A stretch of DNA of 64,000 bases from Squalus acanthias (Eukaryota). The position numbers and the translations under genes are program-made. This document shows positions 26,006-36,819 of this stretch, piece after piece. The stretch spans positions 31,498,001 through 31,562,000 of the forward strand of contig CM059433.1 in the NCBI GenBank assembly GCA_030390025.1, read 5' to 3'. Each line of letters starts with the position of its first letter. Position 1 is the stretch's first letter. Below the pieces are notes generated by a model that saw only the letters and a program-made list of their open reading frames with translations, ran no database searches and was not told the origin of the DNA.

Positions 26006-27200
26006 TGTAGGCTTCGCAAAATCACCCAGAAACTCGAACAGAGCCCTAAAGGGAGTGATTTTTGGACTTTTCATACAAACTTGGGATGATGGGCCTAAGT
26101 GAAGTGATTTGATGTAAAAACCTAAAGATCAGGGAAGAAAAAACCTGAGGAAACTGACTTTTTTTGAATCTTACTGTTGGGAGAGACACCTTTCACAGAC
26201 ACAAGCTGCGAGGGGTGTGGCCGGGCAGTGAACAAATCAAGCTGTCTGGGAATTGTTTACACTACAAATCCTACCCAGGTGCAAGAGACAAAGCAAAAAC
26301 TCACAAACACATTCAAATATGAATCCCCAGGGGCAAACAAGATGCTGGAAATCTAAAAACGATTCAATGACAATAAAACTTCGATCACACAGTTTCATAG
26401 CCATTATCCCATCAAAAAAACAATCAACCAGGTAACCACAGAACAGATTTAAAAGCCCGCCAACAGACCTAGGACAATAGGGTGGAGATTTGGCGCATAG
26501 ATAAGGCTGTGTTTAAATCAGAAATCGATCAAGACATGTTTAACACTGAGCAAAAGCCATCGGAACAGGCAAGCCCGCCAAAACTAGACAATTGGACTAA
26601 GCAAGGTTTATTTGCAACCAAAAGGAATTCGTTTTAGTAAGGGTTTTTTGGGCGCGAAAAAGAAACAGTATAATTTGAAAGCCTGTGCCATAATCTCTCT
26701 CTCTTTCAGACTGGCTGATGACGCGAACACATCTCTCTCTCCCTGCTCCAGCAAAATCTACCACAAGCCACGAGGAAGAAGGCCAGAAGACCAGCACGCA
26801 AGAAGAAATCAGAGCGACTGCCTCAGTGACCGTCGGACACCTCACAGCAGCAAGGGCCTTACGGAGTCCTTTTAAACAAAAGACTCTAATATCCTGTCAA
26901 GGATTCGTTGGTGAGCATTATCCCTGATCTCCTGAAACCAAAAACCTAGCCAGATAGTGGAATCTTTGGGAGGGATAAGGTTTTGTTTTATATATTGTCA
27001 TTTCCCTCGCTTGTACCGTGTGCTCCCCAAATCTGTGTTTAAGTAATAAGTGTGTTTCAAGTTTGTTACCTTTTTCTTTTCATAAAGTAAAATTCTTTTC
27101 ATCAGAACCTGTCATTTACTGCAATTTTGTTCACAACCCCTAAATAAGTCCAAAGTCTAGGAACCGGAGGGGTGTGGGTGCGATTAAGATACCCCTTACA
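26006..27200 (+). repeat. 5' LTR (1195 bp)
   Basis: tgtaggcttcg...gataccccttaca; direct repeat of 33020-34055 plus an extra 159 bp (26497-26655). Confidence 0.96.
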
Positions 27201-27204
27201 TAAA

Positions 27205-27222
27205 TGGCGACCGTGGCAGGAC
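27205..27222 (+). promoter_or_regulatory. Primer binding site, probably tRNA-Arg(TCG)
   Basis: TGGCGACCGTGGCAGGAC, 4 nt after the LTR. Its complement GTCCTGCCACGGTCGCCA differs at one position from the vertebrate tRNA-Arg(TCG) 3' end as recalled (GTCCTGCCGCGGTCGCCA). Confidence 0.8.
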
Positions 27223-27275
27223 TTTGGCGAAAGGGTTGTGAAGCAGTAAATGCTGGTTTTGAGAAGAGAACAAAA

Positions 27276-29011
27276 ATGGAAGAGAGGATGTCATCCTATG
27301 TATATAAAAAAGTAAATATCACCAAGAAATGGGTCCTCAGGCTGTTGCATGCTGAACGTCCTATGGACGCTGCAGCTGCATGGACTGAGAGCAAGGAATA
27401 CAATAAGTCTGTGGAGAAAGCCATATGGTTGGTCTGCTCCCAGAAACAAATGCAGCTTATGGGGAAGCGCATTCAGGCTCTCACAGAAGAGCTAAAGGAA
27501 GAAAGCCAACTGTCCCATGCCAAAGGTATAGCAGGGGATAGGTTGTTAGCAGAGCTCGGCACAAAAGATCAGGAACAGTCACAGATGCTGAAGGAACACC
27601 GTGCCAGTAAGGGATACCTCCAGTGTCAGGCCACCGAGGCCAAAAGTAGTGAACTGGCATTGCGGGAAGAGAACACCCGCCTTGCCAAGCAATTAAGAGA
27701 AGTTAAACGATGTTCAGGCAGCCTACAGAGTAGCCAGTACAAGGGGGTTTGAGGTAGGGGACCACGGCCCCTGTCAGAAGCAGATTGAGAGTCTGAACCT
27801 TGCTCTGTCCAAGACAAAAGGCATGCTGTGCCTGATAAGCCCGGGTGCGGCCCAGGCAGACCTGGAAGAGCAGGGGGAGACTGTTCGACCACCACCTGTG
27901 GCGCCAAGGAGAAGCTTGGTTAGGCAGCAGGAGGGGCAGACAATCTGTGAGGCTGACAGGGAGTGCACACCAGCACCTGTGGCGCCGAGTTTTGACTCGG
28001 TCTGGCAGCAGGGAGAGGGGGGCAAACCGATGCAGGAGAAGTCGGAGCCAGGGCCAATGTGCCCAGCACGACAGCAAAAATTCGGCCCGCCCGCCGATGG
28101 TGGAGGTCAGGGACCCCTTGAAAGTCAATTCTTGGCTCCCCACGGTACACAACAGCTTAGGGCTATGGTAAGCCACCTGAGTAAACTTGCCCAAAAGGAA
28201 GACCCCTCAGTCCACTTCATGGAGGTGGAGCAATCAGCAGCCATTAACGATTGTGACGATGCCGAAATGGCAAAATTGCTCCTGTTCTCATTAGATGGCA
28301 AATTGTACTAGTCACTCTCTACTGAGAGCAAGAGAGGACAGAACGGGTATGCTGCCGTCAGGGAGGAAGTTTTAGAGGCCATGGAAATGAATGAGGGAAG
28401 TCCTTTCTCCCGGGTGGAGAAAACAGTGCAGCTCGCAGGGGAGACCCCACAGGCTTTCGCAGACAGGCTGTGGCCGGTGTACAGGGGTGCTTGTAATGGG
28501 GCTCTCGACAGGGCTAACCTGAACAGGGACGAGCTGGCCCACTGGCTCCGTAGCCTAGTAGCAAACAGCTTGCCACGAGTCAAAGCCAAGGCTGAGCTTT
28601 GGTTTGACCCAAGAGATCCCCGGGTCACCGAGGAGGCAGTGGTCAGGCAACTGACCCTAGCCTACCGGAACGGTAGGGGAGCTGAAGACACCGCACCGAA
28701 AGGGAAGGTGCATGAGATAAAGCCCAGTCAGTATAAGAAGGAGTGGCACCAGGAAGGTGGTAAACCTTCCGACACGAAGCGTAGCTGCTTCGGGTGCGGG
28801 AAGACTGGGCACTGGAGAAAGGACTGTAGGAATCCCTGGAAGGATAGCCTAGCAAAGAAGTCCCCAACTCCTGCCCCAAAAGTAGAGGCACTGACCTCTT
28901 CCCCCCACACTGGACACAATAGTAGCGGCCATCAGAGTCCTGTTTGGTGGCCCAGGGAAGGTAGCTACTGGTGCATTAATCCCATCTGCCCCCCCTAACG
29001 CAGACCTATGA
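27276..29011 (+). pseudogene. gag: gag (N-terminal coiled coil, Pro-rich region, capsid-like region, CCHC knuckle, PSAP), disrupted
   Basis: CFGCGKTGHWRKDC zinc knuckle at ~28786-28827. Frameshift ~27720, in-frame TAG at 28309, +1 slip in the C run at ~28901. Restored C-terminus TLDTIVAAIRVLFGGPGKVATGALIPSAPPNADL-TGA. Confidence 0.88.
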
Positions 29012-30007
29012 CTAGAACCAGCGCAGCCTGTCTACCTGTGTTCCCCGGGATACGATGTTAAGAAGGGGGTGGAGAATGTGCAGGGGAGATGTTTGGTGGA
29101 CACCGGAGCTGCCAGCACGGTGGTCCATTCAGAAGACCTGACCAATTCACCCAGGTTTAACGGGGTCCCCTACAGTTTAATGGGAATCACAGGGAACGAG
29201 CAGGTTGGGGCAATGTCCAAACCTTTGGACATAGATTTAGGATCCCTCCATAACACGTGGGACGGTAACCAAAAGGCCGACAAGTTGGCCAAGCAGGGGG
29301 CCAGGGAAGAAGAGTTATGGGATCCCTATAAAGCAGGTCCGGTAGCTGCAATCCGGGACAAGGGAGGCACACAGAGGGTAGCTTTGCCCCCGGACTTAAA
29401 GCAGGTCCAAGCCCAGCATCCCGTCTTTAAGGCCGGCCTGGTAGAGAGAGAGAATGGGGAATCCCTAGAAGGTCCGTTCAGGGCAGAAGACGAGATTTTT
29501 AAACAGAATCACTGGCAAGCAGCCAGTAACCTGGGGAGCCAGCACCAGAAAAAGCGGCTGCTGTTAGAACCCCAGAGAACCCACAGGCGGGAGATTGACC
29601 AATGCAAACTGTTTAAACCTAAAAGGGAACAGCCGGCAAAGGTGGATGGCCCCCAAGTTAGAAATCTGCAGCCAGCCGCAACTGTGGCAGACGCACAAGC
29701 TGCAGCGGGAGGGACAGTGTGTTGTCTCACAGGAGAGGTCACTCCACCGATTATGTGGGACTCAAGCACACCCCCAGTGGCCAGAGCCCTAAGAAGGTCT
29801 CCCCGGACACCACAGCAAAGGCTACTGTGGCCACAGGTGTATCTGTTTAGAGGGTCCCACCCAAAGAGGGTTGCAACCCGAAGAAGAGCGCCCAAGAGCA
29901 GGGAGCGTTCTAAAGTTGGGGATTCCCAGCCTACAGCCTCCAACAGTGAGGGTTTCACAGGAGAGGTAGCACTGGGAGAAGAGAGGGAGAAGGGTCCCCA
30001 GATATGA
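29012..30007 (+). pseudogene. pol: pol remnant: aspartic protease fused to RNase H C-terminus and an unassigned tail; RT and integrase core absent
   Basis: CLVDTGA active site (DTG 29099-29107); GNQKADKLAKQGA at 29264-29302; no YxDD or DDE core in the ~1 kb. Confidence 0.85.
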
Positions 30008-30391
30008 ACGAGGGCGCTGCAGCCACACCAAAGGGGGTAGTGTGCTGCAGCACAGGACGCAGCTGGGATGTTAAGATACTCCCAGCGGTTTTGAGGAAGG
30101 CCTTCTGGGTCCGGCGGTACAGGCCGCACTACACCCAGGTGTACAAGCCATCCAGAGGCCACATAAGGCAGAGACGAAACAGGATTTAACCTGGCCGTCC
30201 GGAGACGGGCGGCAAATGTACAGAATTTTTCGGTTTTAAGTAATTGCAGTTTTGGTGGTTATGGGTTATCATTAGTTTAGTTGTTTGTAGAGTTTTTTTA
30301 AGTTTAAGGGCTTGATTAATTATCCAGCCAGAGAACCTTTCTGGGACATGGATATATGTTTTGTGTGTGCCCCTACAGAAAGGACTTTGGA

Positions 30392-32735
30392 ATGACAAGG
30401 TTTCTGCTCCTGCTCACCCTGGTAGGGGTGAGCATCGGTGACCGAGGTGACGTGGAGGACTCCCACATCTATGGGTGCTCAGGAGTGAGAGCACCAGTCG
30501 TCACCGCAGGGGGTGGCGAGCGGGGAGTGGAGGAGCTCGCCATCTACTTCCACGAGGGAAGGTGGCCAGGGTGGCTGGGGTCCAACTCTACTAAATACTC
30601 CAACCAGCCCGGGTTCACGTACGGGGAGGCCTCCCTCCCATGCCCCAGAATACAGGTCATTGCCACAAGGGTCAGTGTCACCGAGGGGAAGCGTGTGTGC
30701 CTTACCTGTAAGGGACGAATTCCCCTGAATAGGTGGTGGTGGCTCAGGAAGCTGAGCAGGGATGCAGGGGACCATACAGCCGACTGGGAAAGATTAGGGA
30801 ACGACACCCACCGGACAATCACAGGGACCCAAGGAGGAGTGAGTGTTTGTTGGGATAAGTGGTGGGAGTCGGAACAGGGAGTCTATGTTTGTATGTGGGG
30901 ATCAGAGGAAGCCTGCCCCACAGGGGTATCCATCATCTTCTCCAGCCAATGGCAAGATGCCGGGGAGGGGATAGGGTGGGATTCTAGCCTGCATGGGTGC
31001 GTGGTCCCACACATTCTGGTCCCAGTTAATGCCACTGAACTCGTGGCACACACCCGAAAGCCCCTACCCACGACCCAGGTACCGAAAACCCTGGAAGAAA
31101 AGTGCCCTACCACCACCAAGAGACCAGGGAATGGGTTAGTCCTAGTACCAACCGAAAAGGTACGATACCAGGGGGTGCACTATGCAGTAGCTTCAGTAAT
31201 ATTAAACCTTACCGAGGTATACTTACCTGAGTGGTGTCCTAAGGAGACGGAGCAGCTGTACCAGGTCCTGCTAAAGGAAATGTTTAGGAAATTTTACGAA
31301 TTTGATTTTGCCAATATAGACAAAGTAGAGCTATACAGAATACACCCTGAGAACCCTATGGGCACGGGTAGACAAAGAAGGGGAGCCTGGAATGATGTCT
31401 TCACTGCCTATAGTACAGGGTCCTCTGTAATAAATAGCCTGGATGACATGGAATTACAGACACAGATAAATGGTTTAAAAACCCAGTTAGAAAGATCCTG
31501 AAGGATGGGAACACCGTGGTAGGCTCAGAGCTACATGAGGACCAAGCTATGACGGTTCATTTAAAGGAAATTATTGCAGAATTGAAAAGGCATGCCAAAA
31601 CAGTAAATGCACTCATACGGGAGGATAGGAATGCATCGGATCAGGCTGCACAGAATGAGGTGTGTGTGCTGTATGGGGCATGGTTGCTGGGCGAGGGCCG
31701 TAGCAACCTGGAGGATTTAAAGCAAGGTTTAGTCCCCTCCTGGATCAGCAACAAGCACCTCGCAGCCCTCCACCCCTTTAGTAATTCGCTGAGCCCATGC
31801 CAATTTTGTCTAGCCTCTGAAGCCTACCCTGTCCCAATAGATTGTGGGCGTTCAAATCACACTTTCATGGGGATAGTAGTGAGAATGCCGGTCATGAGTG
31901 GGACAGCCCGACCCGTACCGGTATACAGGGTGGAGAACATTGGAGTCATTCAAGGGGGTGCACATATCCGTTTTACAGCGGTCCCACCTTATGTCATAAA
32001 GTGGGAGCACGCCATGACAGGTACTGACCTCTCCGGGTGCCGGAGCCGAGGTTCACACATAATACTGTGTCCCCAGCACTTGAACGCCTATTCGAAACCA
32101 CAGTGCGGGTTTAAAGCTGCTGGCACACGACCTATCAATTGGACCATGGAGGTGATGGCACACGGCCATGTTTCCCCACAGGTAGCATATATAGGGGGTG
32201 GAAAATATTGTGTCACCACAGGTGCGTCCCACTACCAGCATGGACACGTCTGGTGTCCGGTAAGTGACAGCAGTTTCTGCTTTAAACCCGAGGCAGAAGT
32301 TCAAGTGGCCCAGGAACGGATTCTGAACCCTCCACTGTTCACCTCACTGTAACAGAAAACATCACCAACCTGCAAAAGTATGTGACTTACTTTGGATATA
32401 AAATTCCCCCTCTACCCGAACATCTTACCATCCTACTTAAAGCTGTAGAGATTTCACAAAAACATTTCTACACCCTGGAACAGAAAACAGTTGAAATAGG
32501 GGCAGAGATTTTCGATATAGTAGTTCCACCCTGGTGGGATATTTTCGAGAATATAGAGGTGCGTTCCTGGATCAGGATGGCTTCCCATCTTTTGTTGGTC
32601 TGCCAGCTCGGGATAGTTCTCTACCTGCTGTGTACAAAGTGCAGGGGAAGGGATGGGGAGCTCCGCTCCAGACACGAAGGGACTTGGGAAGTGCATCAAA
32701 ATAAAGGCTATGGCCAGGGATGGAACGAACCTTGA
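30392..32735 (+). pseudogene. env: env: signal peptide + Ig-like domain + class I (F-protein-like) fusion protein with TM anchor; two frameshifts
   Basis: MTRFLLLLTLVGVSIG signal; RQRR furin site at 31370-31381; heptad region; Cys-rich region; TM MASHLLLVCQLGIVLYLLC. Frame breaks at ~31492 and ~32320. Splice acceptor cccctacag ends at 30378. Confidence 0.88.
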
Positions 32736-33008
32736 ATTTTGTCTTTTAATAAAAAAATTTGTATGTGTGTCGTGTCATTTTTATGATGTGTATGATGTGT
32801 TTTTTTCCAAGCTGTGCAGGGGTGTCGGACCCTCTCCGTGCTTGGATGTGAAATAAAGATTGATTCTAACCTGTATGTACCTGATACACCACTTTCAAAA
32901 GGGGAATGAATGTTTGGGTTTTTAGTTTAGGCAATACAGGGGAAGGTTGGTTTTCGGGGATCGGAAATTTTGCTCACCTGTTAATGATACTAATTCAGTT
33001 TTAGTATC

Positions 33009-33019
33009 AAAGTGGGGGA
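33009..33019 (+). promoter_or_regulatory. Polypurine tract
   Basis: aaagtggggga abutting the 3' LTR. Confidence 0.8.
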
Positions 33020-34055
33020 TGTAGGCTTCGCAAAATCCCCCAGAAACTCGAACAGAGCTCTAAAGGGAGTGATTTTTGGACTTTTCATACAAACTTGGGA
33101 TGATGGGGGCTAAGCGAAGTGATTTGATGTAAAAACCTAAAGATCAGGGAAGAAAAAACCTGAGGAAACTGACATTTTTGAATCTTACTGTTGGGAGAGA
33201 CACCTTTCACAGACACAAGCTGCGAGGGGCGTGGCCGGGCAGTGAACAAATCAAGCTGTCTGGGAATTGTTTACACTACAAATCCTACCCAGGTGCAAGA
33301 GACAAAGCAAAAACTCACAAACACATTCAAATATGAATCCCCAGGGGCAAACAAGATGCTGGAAATCTAAAAACGATTCAATGACAATAAAACTTCGATC
33401 ACACAGTTTCATAGCCATTATCCCATCAAAAAAACAATCAACCAGGTATCCACAGAACAGATTTAAAAGCCCGCCAACAGACCTAGGCCAATAGGGTGGA
33501 GATTTGGCGCGAAAAAGAAACAGTATAATTTGAAAGCCTGTGCCATAATCTCTCTCTCTTTCAGACTGGCTGACGACACGGACACAGCTCTCTCTCCCTG
33601 CTCCAGCAAAACCTACCACAAGCCACGAGGAAGAAGGCCAGAAGACCAGCACGCAAGAAGAAATCAGAGCGACTGCCTCAGTGACCATCAGACACCTCAC
33701 AGCAACAAGGGCCTTACGGAGTCCTTTTAAACAGAAGACTCTAATATCCTGTCAAGGATTCGTTGGCGAGCATTATCCCTGATCTCCTGAAACCAAAAAC
33801 CTAGCCAGATAGTGGGATCTTTGGGAGGGATAAGGTTTTGTTTGATATATTGTCATTTCCCTCGCTTGTACCGTGTGCTCCCCAAATCTGTGTTTAAGTA
33901 ATAAGTGTGTTTTAAGTTTGTTACCTTTTTCTTTTCATAAAGTAAAATTCTTTTCATCAGAACCTGTCGTTTACTGCAATTTTGTTCACAACCCCTAAAT
34001 AAGTCCAAAGTCTAGGAACCGGAGGGGTGTGCGAGCGATTAAGATACCCCTTACA
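33020..34055 (+). repeat. 3' LTR (1036 bp)
   Basis: Direct repeat of the 5' LTR; about 24 substitutions by manual count plus a 159-bp deletion. Confidence 0.96.
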
Positions 34056-34921
34056 GGCTTAAAGGACATGGTGCACAGAGGAGAATTGTGTGGAGAGAAT
34101 CGCAAGCCCTTAATGGAGATCTTTTGACTTTCCGCCCATTAATTTAACTGGAATAAAAATGGTAGGGGCTTTGTTACAGGTGGGTGATTCTCCCTGCCCA
34201 ATTTCCCTTGTGCTCCACGAAGACAATCCTTTGCGCCTCCAAGCATTAAGAGGGAAATGCCATTTCTATCCCACAGTGCTAGTAAATGAAAACAAAACTG
34301 AATCCTCTTTTGATGTGTAGGCCGATTTACCTTTATACAGTATCCCTAGATCGTGAAATGAATATTTTTGCAAATTGACTTCTTGCGTTTTCTTTTCTCC
34401 CTGTGTGATCTCAGTAGTGAACAGGCAAAACATAAGAGAAAAATGGGGATCACAACATTGTTGTGACATTATGTTAAACGGTAAACAAGTAGAATATAGC
34501 TCTAGACTGAGATCTCACACCTCATTAATCTACAAATGCCACTTCCACAGTGCCTTAGAAAATTGCTCATTCGGTAAAAACGAGTTACATCCCTCTAGAG
34601 AATGCCCACATATCCTGTCTGTTCTCTTTTCTGCATCCTTTATTGTCCCAGGTTGAAAATCATTGCAACCTCTTAATAAGGTATCTGAGAACATCTTCTC
34701 ACTTTTTTAGATCCCTGTGGATTACTAGCTTTACATATTCTCCTTCTTGCCTATGCACGCAGATGGTTCTTCCTGCTATATACAAGAATTCTTGTAGATA
34801 AACACGCGTTTAGTCCAGCTCACCCAAAGTCGTGGTTTGGCACGGTTAGATTCTCTTTTGGTACAGCTTGACCTGATGGCAGCTCACTGATGGTTCATCC
34901 TGAAGTGATGACTTTCCCTCA

Positions 34922-36050
34922 CATAGGAACAGGAGTAGGCCATTCAGCCCCTCAAGCCTGTTCTGCAATTCAATTAGATCTTGGCTGATTTATACCTCAA
35001 CTCCATCTACCTGCCTTAGCTCCATATCCCTTGATACCCTTACCTAACAAAAATCTAACAGTCTCAGTCTTGAAAGCTCCAATTATACCGGAATCCACAG
35101 CCTTTTGGGGGAGAGTTCCAGATTTCCACTACCCTTTGTGTGAAAAAGTGCTTCCCTCCTTAATGAGCTAGCTTAATTTTAAGATTCTGTCCCCTCATTC
35201 TTGATTCCCCTACCAGAGGAAATAGTTTCCCTATATAGACCCTATTGAATCCTTTTAACATTTTAAACACTTCAATCAGATCACTCTTAACACATTCAGA
35301 AAACAACAGCAACGTGAATATTACCCCAACTGCCATTTCTTTCTGGCTACGGGATAGGTTAATTACTCAGGTACATAAAATAAATAAAAAGGCTAATGGA
35401 ACAGTGGCTTTTATCTCAAGAGGGCTGGAATATAAAGGGGTGGAAATTATACTATAGTTGTATAAAGTTCTGGTTAGACCATATCTGGAGTACTGTGTTC
35501 AGTTCTGGGCACCAAACCTCAGGAAGGATATATTGCCCTTGGAGAGGGTGCAGCACAGATTCACCAGAATGATATCAGGGCTAAAAGGGTTAAATTATGA
35601 GGACAGGTTGCATAGACTAGGCCTGAATTCCCTTGAATAAAGAAGATTAAGGGGTGATCTAATTGAGGTGTTCAAGATGATTAAAGGATTTGATAGGGTA
35701 GATAGAGAGAAACTATTCCCTCTGGTGGGAGAGTCTAGAACAAGGGGGCATAACCTTAAAATTAGAGCTAGGCCGTTCAGGGGTGATGTCAAGAAGCACT
35801 TCTTCACACAAAGGGTAGTGGAAATCTGGAACTCTCTCCCCCAAAAAGCTGTTGAGGCTGGGGGTCAACTGAAAATTTCAAAACTGAGATTGATAGATTT
35901 TTGTTAGGTAAGGGTGTTAGGTAAGGGTGTTAAGGGTTACGGAATCAAGGCGGGTAGATGGAGTTAAGATACAGATTAGCCATGATCTAATTGAATGGCG
36001 AAACAGGCTCGAGAGGCTGAATGGCCTACTCCTGTTCCTATGTTCCTAAG
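34922..36050. mobile_element. Two CR1 3' fragments in opposite orientation (34922-35290 minus; 35370-36050 plus)
   Basis: Same CR1 3' ORF2/UTR sequence on opposite strands ~80 bp apart. Confidence 0.85.
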
Positions 36051-36819
36051 CCACTGCAGTGATGCAGCTTTCTGTTCTCACTACACTGTATGTGATGCAG
36101 CGATGCAGCTTTCTGTTGTCGCTACGCTGTATGGACCTTCCTCAACATTGGGGTAGGTCTGGCGGCCAGAAATGAAGCTGCAAATCTCGACTGCTAAACA
36201 GCAGCGCTTGCACAAGACTGAAAAAGCAGCTTTGGTCTTTCTGTTGCTACTGATGATATGGAATCCACCCTTCCATATAAACAAGGTGAACCGCACAGCT
36301 TCAAGTATCACAGTTTCTACGGGAAGGCATTCTGTAATATAAATGCAACACAAATGTATCACTAAATTTGAAATAGGCATTATATTAATCAGTGAACCGT
36401 TGATATATAAAAATACACCTCATTGTAGCTTCCTGTGAATTTTGCAATTCTCATTCTGATACAAGAGTATGAAACTCTTTTCATGAATGTCACAATGGCA
36501 TTCCTTCCAACGCACATTAACACGAGTCTGGTCTTCCCAGCAGTGTTGCGACTGCCTGGGCTACAAATTACACTTCAAAATTCTAAATCACGTTGGTGTG
36601 TATTATAGAAAGTAAAAGATGCTGTGTGGGGAAATAAGGGTCGTAATTCAATCTCTGCGATCTTCTGACTCTCATAAAGGATCCAAACGGGCGTCCTGTG
36701 GCTTATAAAGTCATTAGAATGCAATGGTAGAATCACAGCTCTGTGGGCTACAGCAATGGTAGTGTGCTTTGGTATATTAATACACTGTTGAACGTAGGTC
36801 TGTATCCTTAATGCTTCAT

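Larger units (their letters stand above)
26006..34055 (+). mobile_element. Endogenous env-bearing LTR provirus (lokiretrovirus-like), defective, pol internally deleted
   Basis: Paired LTRs with TG...CA ends, 4-bp TSD GGCT (26002-26005 / 34056-34059), PBS, gag, pro/RNase H remnant, env and PPT in the expected order. Confidence 0.95.

Noticed and set aside
26253..26927. ORFs repeated at 26253-26927, 33267-33730 and 2047-2397
   Set aside because: They lie inside LTRs, lack consistent starts and change between copies; the repetition reflects LTR duplication, not a gene.
36081..36380. 99-aa minus-strand Cys-containing ORF with an acceptor-like site
   Set aside because: No EGF spacing, and the flanking exons already join in phase without it.
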